Part shown: in pieces, positions 1 through 13,842 of the stretch
How the letters are laid out: the number at the start of each line of letters is the position of its first letter
Position numbering within the stretch: position 1 is the stretch's first letter
Origin: Callorhinchus milii
Taxonomy: Eukaryota
Direction: 5' to 3'
DNA: 64,000 nucleotides
Assembly: GCF_018977255.1 (NCBI RefSeq)
Contig: NW_024704742.1
Coordinates: 119,910,001-119,974,000 of the forward strand
Notes under the pieces: model-generated
Told to the model about the DNA's origin: nothing
What the model saw: the letters and a program-made list of their open reading frames with translations, nothing else
The model's database searches: none
Translations under genes and position numbers: made by a program

Positions 1-666
1 AACCTGAACTCAAAAGCAATTTGTCTCATCATATCCACATATACTTTGCTACAGACGACACTGCTTACATAAAAAAGGTCTAATTGGTGGCAAAACAAGT
101 GTATAAGCAGAGGTCACACAAAATTGATGCTGGAAGCAGCTGGAAAGTACGGAGGACATGAACTGATTGCATTGAGGTGTCAATAAACAAGTCTCACTTC
201 CCATAAATTGAAACATTCTCCGCTGATCATTGTTGAGCAAATAATGGTTGAATTTTGGGTTAAGCCCCTGTGCATAAGAGACTATTAACAAATAGCACAT
301 GCCTATAAAGCGGTATTGTTTTTTAAAAATTACAACAGTTGTTCTGTTGTTGAGAACACAACATTGACTGAATCTTTCAGAATTTCTGTGAGGTAGGACC
401 AGTTATTTTACCCCTTCCATCTCATGCGAGAGGAATCAGTGGAAGCGCCAAGTAACCAGAACTGCCTCTCCTTGAGGAATTTGGTATCAGTTATAGACTA
501 TGATAGACTTGTGTTGAAGGCTGCTCAAGAAGTAGCAATATGTTGACACAATTGGAAAGCTGTTAGTAGAAGGGCTAGACAACCACTGACCCTAAAGATT
601 GAGTCGGCCTGTGCCCAGTTATAATCAAGATCAAGTCAGTCTTATGAGGATTCAGACAGCTGAACC

Positions 667-2452
667 AGGGGGAGGAAGGTGACCAAAGGTACGGTCGAAA
701 ACAAAGGTCTTCAGCCGAGACCTGAAAATAGGAAGAGAGGGGGCGAGGTGAAGGGAGAGAGGAAGGGAGTTCCAGAGCCTCGGGGCATAGTGGCTGAAGG
801 CACAGCCAACGAAGGTGGAGCGGAGGACTCTGGGGACAAGGAGCAGGCCAGATCCGGTGGAACGAAGGCAACGGGCACTGTTGTGAGGAGAGAGGTCAAA
901 GAGGTAGGGGGGTGCAGAGGAGTGGAGGGATTTGAAGACAAGGGTGAAGTTGATCCTCCCTGGGACAGGCAGCCAGTGCAGTCTGGCAAGGACTGGGGTA
1001 ATCGGGTAATGGAGTTTGGTGCGGGTAAGAGTGCGGGCGACAGAGATTTGTATGACCTGAATTTTATGGGTGGTAGTGGAAGGGACACCAGTGAGGAGGG
1101 CGTTTGAATAGTCCAGCCGAGAGGTGACAAAGGCGTGGATGGACCAGGGTTTCAGCGGCTTTTGGAGTGAGATATTGGCGGAGACGGGTGATGCGTCGGA
1201 GGTGGCAGAAAGCGGTACGGGAGAGGAAGGATAATTGGGGGTCGAACCTGACACCGAGGTTGCATGCATGTTCGGAGAGTTTAAGGGGAAGTCGGGTAGG
1301 TGGAGGAGGTGAGAACCGTGAGATTTTAAACGTTGACGAGAGCCAAAGAGTATGGCTTCCGTCTTGTCAACATTTAGCTGAAGGAAATTTGCGCTCATCA
1401 GCCCCTGAGGTCTGACAGACAGACTGACAGAACTTGAGGGGACTGGGGGTGGAAAAGTAGAGTTGGGTATCGTCCATATACATGTGGAAGTGTACCGCAT
1501 GTTTGCAGATGACATCCCCAAGAGGGAGCATATAGATCAGAAAAAGGAGGGGGACAAGGATGGATCCTTGGGGTACCCCACAGGTAATCGGATGAGAGTG
1601 GGAGGAGAAGCCATTTGTGCAAATGTACGGCTGGAGGTTTGTGAGGTAGGACTCGAACCAGGCGAGTGCGGTCCCACTGAGGTGGATGACGGAGGAAAGG
1701 CAGTTGAGGAGGATGGCATGATTGACTGTGTCGAAAGCGGCGGAGAGGTCCAGGAGGACAAGGAGGCAGAGCGAGCCCTGGTCACAGATAGAGGGGATGT
1801 CGTTTGTGACTTTCACAAGTGCAGTCTCTTTACTGTGGGCAGGGTGGAAACCGGACTGGATGGGTTCGAAGATGGAGTGGGAGGAGAGGTGTGCAAGGAG
1901 TTGATTTGCAACAACGCATTCTAGGACTTTTGCGAGGAAGGGCAAGTTTGAGATAGGGCAGTAGTGGCTGGGGTTTGAGGGATCTAGGGAAAGTTTTTTG
2001 AGGAAGGGGGTGATGACAGCAGTTTTGAGGGAGGCAGGGACTGATCCAGAGGAGAGGAACTGGTTGATGACATCAGCCAGCAGTGGGCAGAGGAGGGGGA
2101 GCTGGGTGACCAGCAGGTTGGTGGGGAGGGGGTCGAGGCAGCAGGTGGGTTTCATTGAGGTGATGGTGGGTGAGAGGGAGGAGGAAGAGATGGGGAGGAA
2201 GGAATGTAGGACGGGTTGTCATGGTAGGAGCTGATGATGGGGATGGTGAGGGGGATGGAGAGGAGGTGGTGGTGGGTGACAAGAGGCAGGAGGATGAGGC
2301 TGCCTGGCGGATGTTGTGGATTTTGGATGAAAAGAAGTCCATGACCTCCTCGCACTTGGCGTTGGATGTGAAGATTGAGGAGGCCTGAGGGGGAGCATGG
2401 AGAAGGTAGTGGGTGGTGGAAAAAAGGATTTTAGGATTGTTTTTAGCCTCCA
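667..2452 (-). mobile_element. L2 LINE, 5'-truncated and frameshifted ORF2 (reverse transcriptase)
   Basis: Motifs PISNLPFLAKVLE, QSGF..HS.ETAL, LLDLSAAFDTV, GVPQGSIL, HMYMDDTQLY, SRLDYSN and LHWLP are spread over several frames. Confidence 0.92.
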
Positions 2453-2593
2453 AGATCTCCTGTCTCCACTTCCGATTGGAGTGTAGATGTTTACGACATC
2501 AAAATGTGCACTCCTCTTCTTCCCGCTAAAGCATTAGTTGTGAACTCACTTCCAAGCATTCCTAAAATCTAATAATTTTATACTTAGCAATTA

Positions 2594-2767
2594 CAGTAAA
2601 ATTTGCATTAGTCTTATCTGCATAAATTGTATAATCGTCTAAGTCGTACATCTGCCCAAGTCCCATTCAAGAGTTTATATTCTGTACAGGTTTGACATAA
2701 CTCATATTTTGCATAAGTCAAATTCAATGTGTGGTCTCAACTGATATGACTCATGTGAGGTTTACTG
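2594..2767. mobile_element. Tc1/mariner (Tigger/pogo-like) MITE remnant
   Basis: TA|CAGTAAA at the left end and gaggTTTACTG|TA at the right end: CAGT-type terminal inverted repeats with a TA duplication. Confidence 0.55.
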
Positions 2768-3249
2768 TATCGAGTTTCCTGTTGGAATGAGTGGCTATTT
2801 TTATGCCTGGACCTTTCAGCTTTGTCAATGACAACATGACAGAAAAGAGGGGCATTTCACAATACTGACCGTAAGTTAGGGGATATAATGGGGGCATGGT
2901 TACAGCAGAATCACTTTTACGAATACACAGAAAAGGTCATTAATTTGAACTCAAAAAATAGTGTGCGTTTAATCCGAAAACCTAACCCAAATATGTGCTA
3001 AAACATTCTTCAGTGAAACACCCATTTAAAAATGTGAATATTTATAGAAGGAAGACATTTTAAACCCAATAAAAATGGATATTAAATGACAAACTAAAGC
3101 AGTATTAGGTTTTGACTTGAATGATGGAAAATAACACAATGAAGGACTATCATACGGAGGCTGGTGAAATGTGGTTAAAATCGTTTCAGACTGGTTTAAG
3201 AATAGCCTCTTCTCTCAGCAAACTGGAGAGTCCTATATGAAATGGATAA

Positions 3250-3480
3250 TCTAAAACCACACAGCTAGCCATTGAAAGCACTGTCTGGCAAGCTAGCCAG
3301 GACCACCCCACCCATTAGGGCTTTGACTTGCAGGTTTAACAGGAGCTGAGTGGGAAGAATCGTTGCCCTCAGTGACTGATCTGCCCCTCCAAATCCTACC
3401 GGTGAGCCAGGCTGGCTGTGCTGTCATCAGCAGTGCCCTGGAATACTGCACCTGATTCAGGAACTGAACAACCAAGACTG
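3250..3480 (+). repeat. Unnamed interspersed repeat family A, copy 1
   Basis: Aligns by eye to the reverse complement of 60662..60920; shorter pieces at ~11091..11180 and ~45607..45670. Confidence 0.75.
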
Positions 3481-5569
3481 CACAGAGGGTGGACTCCTGT
3501 CCCACATTCCATTGCCAAACATGTCACCTTGGAACCATTTCACCTCCAAAGAGATCCCACTTACCTCCCCACCTCCAACAACTCCAAGCAGAATAGTCAC
3601 TGGTTGGTCATTTGATATCCGACTAGCGTGGGTTTGAGCCCTTGCAAGGTAGATGAGGTTTAGACAATCTCAACCCAATTTCCAATATTCACGAGTCCAA
3701 CCAAACAATAAACTAGGACACTAACTGATTCACTCAGTCAAGAGACGAAAGGTGCAGTGAAACAGGTACCTTCTGGGTTTGGGGAAGAGGCATACAATTG
3801 GGAGAGCAGAAATGATAGCTTTGCATAAGAGCTGTAATAAAACAAATTGGAGAACAACTGATTTTCACAGTGATCAACTGAAATGAGAAGAATCTGTTGC
3901 ATTCTTATCTCACCTTTGCAAGTTCAAAAGATGTTTTGTACATGTCAGAAAGACAAATCTCAATGCTCTACCTCTCTGTATTCAATACTGGCAACTGATG
4001 CAATTGGCTATTTATAGGTGCATGAAACAATTTTCAGACTGACAAATAACCTGAAGGTAAAACTCTGAAAAACTACTTTTAGCTAAGGATATTAGGACAG
4101 TTGTAATTAAACATGGCACCTGTTTTATTTTAAATAAAGCCTATCTACATTATGGATCAAAACAGTGCTGCCTACAAGAAGGTTGCAGAGTCCCACAGGA
4201 GACTGGCATTTAAGAATTGAATGATACCGTTCAATGTTGCTAAAATTAAAGACTGCCTCAGCACCACATTGATACGATCAGTCAAGCTCATTTCTATTCA
4301 CTCCACCATTCACTTGGAGGAGGACCAGATAGTCATCCCTCAGGTTGTTGGCAATCCAATCTATGAACAACATTTAGGAGATGGGCAAGACAAATGCAAC
4401 ACTTCACATTTTTCACTCTAAATCTCGAGAGTAAATGGCTCCAGTGAAGGAGCCATCATCAGCAAGGACATGATGAGCTGAACGTTTAAAATACAGAGAG
4501 ACAGGGAAGCCAGTCTATGATATTAATGCCCAGCCTCCACTCAAGAGTCATCGCCAGTATTACTGATTGGTAACTAAGAGAGCGGAAATGTCGGGGTTAG
4601 TATGACCTTATCTCAACAAAGTTCGTCACAGTAAAGCAATTTCTTTAGAGTAATCTAGGCAATTGTAGATAGATTTAATATATCAATTCACTAAACTCTA
4701 TGTTTAATTAAAAACTGAGCCTTTATGTCAGTATTATATCCATAAAAGGCAGAATGCAATTAAAATCTGGGAGATCTCTGAACTAAAAGAAAAAATGATA
4801 CGGGGTCAGAAACCCAAGGTGTTGCTATTAGACATTGTAATGATATCACAATTTTTTGGTCATCCTGTATTAATGTCCATGTGAACTAATCTGCCATTGT
4901 TCAGTTCAAAGTGAGTTGCAGTTTACCCAATTACATTTTTATTCACTCCACCAATTGCTTTGATGCCATCTTGGGCATTCACTGAATCTTTACTATGGCA
5001 TTAAACCATTCTTCAAAATGAGTCAGGATTTCAAGTTAGAGCTCCACTGGATCAGACATCAGCAAATACTATTGACAGGCTTCATCATGAAATGTTAACA
5101 GTCAGATGCGTTGGGTATAAGTCAAGGCCTGCTCATTGATTTCTGATGGAAACAAATCCACTCAACTTGTCTTTGAGCACAGATTCAATAAGCAAATCAA
5201 AAGCTTATCTGAAGTAATGCTGCATTCTTGTGCCTCAGGTTATGACATCGATCTGAATATGGCACATTCTGGCAAATAAGATTTTACTGCACTTGATTCT
5301 ACTTGCACTGCAAAACTTGATACTCAGCTACCTTCTTTTCCTTACTAGTTAAAAACAAAACATATTTGCCAATGTTACGTAGTAACCTACATATTCCTAT
5401 TCAAGTTTCTCAGTTATTAGCTTATTTTTTCCCAGAGAAGCTGAAGTGTCATTTTACTTCTGTTGGTTGATGTTTGGTATCAACTGAATATTGAAAAATA
5501 AAGCTTTACAGGTTCAGCTTCACATCATATTCTGCCAGATATTTTAAAATAGACAAAACATTACATGTT

Positions 5570-5773
5570 TATACTGTATACCATACTGTATACCATACTG
5601 TATACCATACTGTATAATATACCGTATACTATACCGTATAATATACCGTATAATATACTGTATAATATACTGTATAATATACTGTATTATATACTGTATA
5701 ATATACTGTATAATATACTGTATAATATACTGTATAATATACTGTATAATATACTGTATAATATACTGTATAT
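5570..5773. repeat. 12-bp minisatellite (ATACTGTATAAT)n, about 17 units
   Basis: Read directly, with variants ATACTGTATACC and ATACCGTATAAT at the left end. Explains the IQYI/YNIL/YYTV ORFs. Confidence 0.97.
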
Positions 5774-6194
5774 ACATACATCATATTTTTAAAACATGAT
5801 TGTAGCAAGATTGAATGCACCCTCCAAACAAACAACTTGCATTTATATAGCCCTTTACTTGGGTAGCGTCTTAGAACTCTTAACAATGGAGGAGCTTGAC
5901 GCCAAGCTGGGGAGAGATCATAGACACTGTCAAAGAGGAAGGTCTTTAGATGCGATCTGAAGATAGGCAAGAAGGAGGCACCTTTATTATAGCTGAGTGA
6001 AAGGATTTCCCATCTTCGCTTAACATGATGGGCCAAACACCCTTTTTCTGTAGTGTAAATTTCTAACATTCAGAAAAGTTGGCATCATTCCTGTAGTTCC
6101 TGGTTATTTTGATTGTAAAATGGAACATGACATGTTATAATAAACAGCTACAATTTGGTTTAAGACCTATTTGATAAAGCAACAAAATCCTTAC

Positions 6195-6312
6195 CATTCT
6201 TGCTGATATCCAATTCCCTGAGATTAATGAGATTTGCAATGGATACCGGCAATGCTGTTAGGTCATTATCTGGCATGCTCAGCTTGTGCAGACATTGACA
6301 ATTGAACAGTTG
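6195..6312 (-). CDS. ERBIN: Erbin second coding exon (118 nt, LRR repeats)
   Basis: Translates [39 protein letters not shown](G), in frame with the previous exon. Long polypyrimidine tract plus caacAG acceptor; donor G|GTaagg. Not in the ORF track. Confidence 0.93.
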
Positions 6313-6367
6313 CTGTTGGCAGAAGAGAGGAGAAAGAGAGTTAAATTAAAGCAAGTTCAAAACAATT

Positions 6368-8492
6368 AACAACAACAACAATATTTCATTTTTAGAGCAT
6401 CTTTCACGTCGGGAGGACGTCCCAAGGCGCTGGACAATTGGGTCGGGACCCGAGCAGGGGGAAAATGGTTAGGGGGAGGGAAGGGAGGGAGCGAGGAGGG
6501 GGTAGAGAGTCGAGAGGGGAGCTGAAGGCACGGTCAAGCAGAAAGGTCTTGAGACCGGCCTTGAAAGGAGGAAAGGGAGGAGGCAAGTCGAAGGCACTGG
6601 GGGTTGGAGTTCCAGAGCCTAGGGGCTGAGAGGCTGAAGGCCCGGCCACCGATGTTAGGGCGGTTGGGGCGGGGGATGTGGAGCAGACCGGAGCCAGAGG
6701 AACGGAGGGTGCGGGCAGGTAGGTAGGGGGATAGTAGGTCGGAGAGGTAGGAGGGAGCAAGGCCGTGAATGGCCTTGTAGGTGAGAATGAGGATCTTGAA
6801 TTTGATCCTCTGGGGGATGGGGAGCCAGTGGAGGCGAGCGAGGGTGGGAGTGATGTGGTCCCGAAGCCTGGTGCGGGACAGTGCACGAGCTGCAGAGTTC
6901 TGAATGATCTGCAGCTTGTGGAGGGAGGTGGCGGGAAGGCCGGCGAGGAGAGAGTTCCCATAGTCCAGCCTTGAGATGATAAAGGCGTGGACCAGAGTTT
7001 CAGCAGCGTGAGGGGTGAGGTAGTGCCGTAGTCTGGCGATATTCCAGAGGTGATGGAAGGCGGTGCCAGTTGTGGCGCGGAAATGAGGAATAAAGGACAG
7101 CTCAGGGTTGAACAAAACGCCGAGGTTCCTGACTGGCTTTGAGAGGTGGAGAGTGCAGCCTTGGATGCTGATGCTGTCAGCGCCTGAGGTGCGGAGGCGC
7201 TAACGCGAACCAATCAGGAGGGCCTCAGTTTTACACACGTTGAGCTGAAGAAAGTTGTCTCTCATCCAGGACTCGATGTCAGACAGGCAGCTGTCAGGAC
7301 ATCGGTGGTCGTGGAGCTGAGGGTAGAGGAGGAAAGGTAGAGTTGGGTGTCATCCGCATACATGTGGAAGTTAACCCCATGTCTGCGGATGATGTCACCA
7401 AGGGGGAGCATATAGAGGGTGAAGAGGAGGGGACCGAGGACAGAGCCCTGAGGGACACCGCACGAGACAGTGCGGGGGTGGAGGAAAAGCCATTTGTGGA
7501 AACAAAATGAAGACGGTGGGAGAGGTACGACCTAAACTACTCAAGGACAGGGCCTTGAAGGTTGAGGTGGGCGGACAAGCAGTGGAGGAGGATAGTGTGG
7601 TCGACCGTATCGAATGCTGCCGATAGGTCGAGGAGGACGAGGAGGCAGAGGGGGCCCTGGTCGCAGATGGTCAAGATGTCACTGGTGACCTTGACCAGGG
7701 CAGTTTCTGTGCTATGGGCAGCACGGAAACCCGACTGGAGGGGTTCGAATAATGCATGGGTGGAGAGGAAACAACTCAGCTGGGAGGCGACAACTCTTTC
7801 AAGGACATTGGACAGGAAGGGGAGGTTGGAGATGGGCCGGTAGCTTGATAGCTGCGACACATCAAGGGAGGGTTTTTTCAAAGTGGGAGTGATGGTGGCA
7901 GTTTTTAGGGGAATGGGAACAGAGCCAGAGGAGAGGGACAGGTTGATGATGTCTGTGAGAAGTGGGGCAAGGAGGTGGAGCTGTGAGATAAGGAGTGGAG
8001 TGGGGATGGGGTCAAGGGAGCAGGTGGTGGGTTTCAGGGACAGGATGAGTTTGGTGACAGAGGGTGGGGAAACAGGTTCGAAGGTGTGTAGGGGAGGATG
8101 GGTAGGAGTTGGAGTGTGGGAGGGAAGGGGTGGGGGTGGGTGGAAGTTCGAGGGGGAGTGATCACGGAGCGGATTCCCTTGATTTTGGATTTAAAGAAAT
8201 CCAGCATCTCCTCGCAGTGAAGGTTGGAGGAGATGACCTGCTCGGGGTGGCGGGGGGGACGGAGGAGTCGGGATGTGGTAGAGAACAGTAGCCTGGGGTT
8301 GTTCTTCGCCTCCAGGATTATCCTGGAGTAGAAGGACAACGTGGCCGAGGTGGAGCGGTAGGTTTTGAGGAGGTCCAGCCAGATTTGTCGGTGGACCGTT
8401 AGGCCAGATTTGAGGCAGGTGCATTCAGCGGCCCGCACCTGGCTCTTCAGTGAGCGGAGGTGGGTGGTGAACCAGGGGGAGGAGCGAGAGTA
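6368..8492 (-). mobile_element. L2 LINE with 3' tail, 5'-truncated and disrupted
   Basis: [36 protein letters not shown] and LHWLP motifs. The 3' end reads AGCGCCTTGGGACGTCCTCCCGACGTGAAAG...(TTG)n. Confidence 0.93.
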
Positions 8493-11350
8493 AGAAGTCA
8501 ACAGTAAAATTGAATGATGATGAATATGTTTGAGTGTACAATAGAGATATAGATTCAGAAGGCCTTTCGGTCCATTTAATCTTATCCGTCAGCAAAACCA
8601 ACACCATCTTTTTCCCAATACCCCATTGAGTCTGTGTACTACCCTCAACCACACTTCCTAGTAACTTGTTCCAACTATTGATTACAGTATACATTAAAAA
8701 AAATTAGTGTCTATCCTGAAATGGTCCTGCACAACTCTAAACCTGTGCTCTCTTATCCTGGTGTCTCAACATATCTGAAAGTATTCTGGTTTAATTTTTT
8801 TCCCCAGATAAGTATCGTGCGTCACAAGTTCTTTTCTCCAGGCATTGTTACTTGTAATTGTTACTTAAAGTAATTGTTACTTGTAGCTCATCCCTTGAAC
8901 ACGGAGAATCAGCTTTGTTTTACGTTTTACGTTTCTACCTTAGCTTACTTCTTAGGCCTGGAAGGTCCCTAAATGCACTACAATCAGAATTGACCCGAGA
9001 GTAGTTTTAATACATCTTTTCAAACTTAAATGAGTGCTGTTTCCAGCTGTTTTCAAAGCATGGTGTAGATGTTGAACGCAAAACTGTTGTGCAATTTGTG
9101 GAAATACAAAACTTTTTTTTTTAACAATGGTAGGGATAATATTGGAGAAATCGTGCAAATGCTATTGTCCTTAATGGAAGAATAGATAATATATTTTGGT
9201 TAGCAGATATCACATGCTCAGATTGAGGAATAATGACAGCAGAACTAGACACCCAGAAGCAAATATCTCATCAAAACAAACTGGATTGCAGGTTAAGAGA
9301 AACAATTCAGTAAAGAAAGAGTGCAGCTAGATCTACTCAAGGTCTAAAGCACATCCAACATATAAATTGTGGTAACTCAAGATATTGTGATCCCTCAACT
9401 ATAGCATTCAGAAACATATGGACACTTTTATAGGTTTGGTTTCAGTACTAGTAAAATAACATGCATCTAATAAATTAAATTATTGCAAATACCTGATCTG
9501 AACAAGAAAAATGCTTTGTAGGCAGCTAATATTCAGTGTTTTAAATTCCACCAAAAAATAACACTCAAATGAGTTTAAAGTTGTCAATATTGTCCCAAAA
9601 ATTGATTGAGACCAATTGAAGTTTTCAATGCAATGAAGCTTGTTACTAGACATTACGTTCTATATACATTCCCTTAAAATCAAGGAAAATCTGGTTAATT
9701 GGAATTCCTCAGTTATCAATCCTCTACTTACGTGGCTACCCGCACAACTGGGGTGCATACTTTTCTTCAAAACGATTAAGGAAAAAAAACACACGAATGA
9801 TTTACGGGCTGCATTTTACAGCATCCGCCACAAACTAGATTTATAAATCTAATCATTCTCAGTTATCCTGTCTCCTGTTGTGAAATAAAGCAAAGTCCTA
9901 TGAAAATTCCATTACAAATGTCATGAAGATAAACAGCCACCCAGTGCTTTGAAGTCCAAAAAATTGCAGTAATATTTTTTAAATAATTGGCTATGGAATT
10001 GAACCAATTTTGACATGACTGAGAAACTTAATGCTTTAAAAATGATTGTTTTATTGAACCCATATGGAACCCACAAAATAGGTTTCAACACTTCAGGTGT
10101 TAATAATTATCATTGCATTTGATAAATCAACTTTCATTTTGGGAGGACGTATCAAACTTTATCATAAATGCCTTAGTTATGGATATGAATATCATGATGA
10201 GTATTCAGCAATTTATCATACTGTTCAAATAACCAAATTGATCTGACCAATACATAGCAAACATACATCATCTCAAAGGTCTGGGTAAAATTTAAAAACA
10301 CATGGTTGGAATGATATTAAAAGTCATTCGGCCCATTAAATAAATTCTCTCCACAGTGCATATAACAATTGCCCATCATGGCTGCAAATCCATTTGTTTG
10401 GTGATGATTTCCCTCCCCCAAGCTTTCTGACCCAAGGGAAAACTTCAGAAGATTAATCTACACTTATGCCACAAATATTCAACTATTAAAATGTGTTAAG
10501 ATAACCAGGCAGGACTAATATTTGATCACAGACCCATGAAAATCAGATGGGGAACAAATGGTCTCTGCTCTAAAAGGCTAAAACAGCTGGAGGAGGGGGA
10601 GTAGAAGGTATGAATCACATGAGGTTTGTGCTTCGATGTATCCAGTGACTTTGATGTGGCAAGCCGGGGAGGGGGGAGAGTCTAAGCAAGAGCATGATCA
10701 AGGTTTTGTTGTAATGCTCATCAAAATCCAAAAGTCAACCAGCATTCAGACTCACATGTTAGGAAATATGGGGAGGGGGAGGAGAGGGTGGAAATTACCA
10801 AAATGAGTTCCAGCTTTAAAGAATGTTCTTATGACAGAATGTTTTGGTTTTGTGAGCCAGGTGTTTCACACATGTGGAAACCGATCACAATGTTGAAGAG
10901 TATCCAAACCAAACAGTGTTCGATTTACAATTGGAAATTTCCATTCATCTGATATTGAGTGTGCACTCCCTCCCTAGAGAGGGACCATGTGTTTTTCCAG
11001 AATTTGAACGTTTATGCGCAATTGGCAAGAGCCAAGGCTTGGGATGTCCACAGTGTGAATTGGGATATGGATGGAAGTTAACGAGCTAAAATGGCAAGTT
11101 TCCCACTGCTTGTCCAGCTAGCATTACTTTATCAGAGTTTGCAAGGATCCCTGCTCCCAGTGGCTGCTCTGTCCTTCCATGTGCTGCTGACAAGCCACAG
11201 CTTCTGGAAGTGAGTTCCACATTTTCAACACCCTCTGTGTAAATATGTTCCTCTTAAAACTCCCCTGTAGATCTGCTACTGGCTCTCTTCTATTGATGGC
11301 CCCTCATTTTGGCAACAAATGAAAACAACCATAATCCAGGGCTCACTGGA

Positions 11351-11486
11351 AGCTGTGCAGTCTCAAATGTTCTCAGCTTTCAGGATATATTGTAAACATA
11401 TTGAAAACCTGGATAGAGACAACTCCAGCTGCAACACCAGTCACTGAGCTATTGAAAACACATCTCCAATATCTGTATCACAGCTG
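11351..11486. repeat. Unnamed repeat family B, copy 1
   Basis: Homologous, in the same orientation, to 37485..37620; ends AGCTGTG...CACAGCT. Confidence 0.7.
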
Positions 11487-11877
11487 CTGTAGCCACTTGG
11501 GCAGAATACTGGAGGAACCACACCCCAGGAACATGAGGTCAGACAAGCAGCTGAGATGAATGCGTCAGTAATGAGAAGATTACAAAAAAGGGCAAAAAAT
11601 TATGATAAACAGGAAAGCATTTGGGGAAAAGCAGGTAGATGAACAAAAAGAACTAAGTCATCCAGGTATGCAAATAATACTATAATTTGATATATTGCCT
11701 TTTCACGTCGTTAATGACTTCTCAAAGCGCTTACAGAATATATTGTACAGAGGATTGATTGTGTATTTTCTGGGCAAATTTATACGCAGTTAGATCCAAT
11801 ACATACTTACAGAAAGGAATAAAAGAAAGACATAGGACTATTGGCTTTATTACAAGAGATCTATCTAAAGCAAGGAA

Positions 11878-13200
11878 CTATAAGACCATAAGACGTAGGA
11901 GCAGGAGTAGGACTTTGGGCCACTCAAGCTTGCCCCGACATTTAATAAGATCATGGCTGATCTTCTAACCTAATTCCATTTACCCGCCCTATCCCCATGT
12001 CCCTAAATCCCTCTATCCTTTAGAAATCTATTAACCTCAGTTTTGAAATATGTTCAAGGACTGAACATCCACAGCCTTCTGGGGTAGAGAATTCCACAAA
12101 TTCACCACCCTCTGAGTGAAGAAATGTTTCCTCAACTCAGTTTGAAAAGGCTGACCCTTAATTTTGAGACTATGACCCCCTAGTTTTAGATTTTCCAACC
12201 AGGCGAAACAGTCTCACAGAATCTACCCTGTCAAGACCCTTAAGAATCTTATAGGTTTCTATAAAATCACCTCTCAATTCTTCTATATTCTAGAGAATAT
12301 AGGGCTAGTTTACTCAACCTATCTTCATAGGTCAACACCCTCATCCCCGGAACTAAACTAGCGAATCTACCCTAAGGCGAGTATGTCCTTTCTTAAATAA
12401 GGAGACCAAAACTGCACACAATATTCAAGGTGCAGTCTCACCAAGGCATTATACAACTGCAGCAAGACTTCCTTATTCTTGTACTCGAACCCTTTTGCAA
12501 CAAATGCCAACATGGCATTAACCTTCCAAGTTGCTTGCTGCACCTGCATTCTAATATTTTGCGACTGGTGTACAAGGACACCTAAATCTCTCTGAAAACT
12601 AACACTATCTAGTCTCTCCCCCTCTAGAAAATAATCCGCTTTTCTATTTTTACTGCCTAGGTGAATAACTTCACACTTCCCCACGTTACACTCCATCTAC
12701 CACCTTCTTGCCCACTCACCTAGCCTGCTTATTTCCCTTTGCATTCTTCTTGTGTCATCCTCACAGCTTACTCTCCCACCTAGCTTTGTATCGTCCACAA
12801 ATTTAGACATGTTAAGTTCTATTTCCTCATCTAAATCATTGATATAGACTGTAAATAATTGAGGCCCAAACACTGATCCTTGTGGCACTCCACTAGTCAC
12901 ATCCTGCCAATCTGAGAAGGACCTGCTTATCCCTCCACTCTGTTTTCTTCCTGTTAGCCACTCTCCAATCCATGCTAAGATATTACCTTTAATTCCATGG
13001 GCTCTAATCTTATGCAACAGCCTTTTATGTGGCACCTTGTCGAATGCCTTCTGGAAATCCAAATACACCACATCTACTGGTCTCCCCTATCTAATCTGCT
13101 AGGTACATCCTCAAAAAACTAAATGATTTGTTAAATATGATTTCCTTTTCGTAAAGCCATGTTGACACTGCCCAATTATGTTATGATTTTCTAAGTACCG
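11878..13200 (-). mobile_element. CR1 LINE 3' part (reverse transcriptase and 3' UTR), nested in an older plus-strand CR1 remnant (~11830..13570)
   Basis: VYLDFQKAFDKVPH, SGVPQGSVFGP, FVDDTKLGG and HLEYCVQFWSPY with in-frame stops; CR1-type tail near 11878..11960. Confidence 0.92.
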
Positions 13201-13611
13201 TTTAACTAGCATGGTAGTGAAAGAAATGAGACCTTATTTGGAATATTGGATTCAAAGTTGAGCACCACATCTTTTAAACTATATATTAGCCTTGGAATAA
13301 GTCTGGTAAAAAATTACCAGAATTAATCCTTGGATAACAGTAACTTAACTATGAAATGCAGAGTAATGTGCATCACACCTCCAAAAAGCTCATGAACACA
13401 GAATCAATCCAGGCATCTAAAAGGGAGGCAGACAAGTCCGTGGGAGGTGAGGGAATTAAGTGATATGGGAAGCAGAAGGGAATTGGGATTAAAAACAGAT
13501 GCCATGATCAAATAAAAGGGTGGAGAAGGCTTATTGGGCCAAATGCCTTGATAAGCTTAACTCTTGCTCTTATATTTCAAATACACTACAGGAGCTTAAA
13601 TATGTAGAAGA

Positions 13612-13842
13612 TCCCTTGTCCACCCGTCCCACCATCAGCGGTCTAGCTTTCAGCATCTCTACTCCCACTCTATGGAACTCCATTCCGGATTCCCTTCAAC
13701 TAGCCCTTTCCTTCGCCTCCTTCATGGTCCATCAAGACCTTCCTCTTCATCCATTTTCTACCCCACCTCGGGTGCAAACCTAGACTATCCAGCACCTTGG
13801 GACATCCTCCAGATGTGAAAGCACTATGTAAATGTCAATTTG
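13612..13842 (+). mobile_element. L2 3' fragment
   Basis: RPTISGLAFS..PTLWNS followed by the tail CCAGCACCTTGGGACATCCTCCAGATGTGAAAGC. Confidence 0.75.

Noticed and set aside
575..2453. Overlapping long ORFs as host genes or an intact retroelement
   Set aside because: Frameshifted L2 ORF2 pieces and their antisense shadows; no ORF1 or endonuclease, and reverse transcriptase is split across frames. The same applies to 6404..8501 and 39254..40147.
5544..6069. ORFs with IQYI/YNIL/YYTV repeats, or a CRISPR-like array
   Set aside because: Translation of a spacer-less 12-bp minisatellite in a vertebrate intron.
1..6194. Third ERBIN coding exon (GIQEFPENIK...ASVNPIS)
   Set aside because: I could not find it by eye on the minus strand; it probably lies left of the window.
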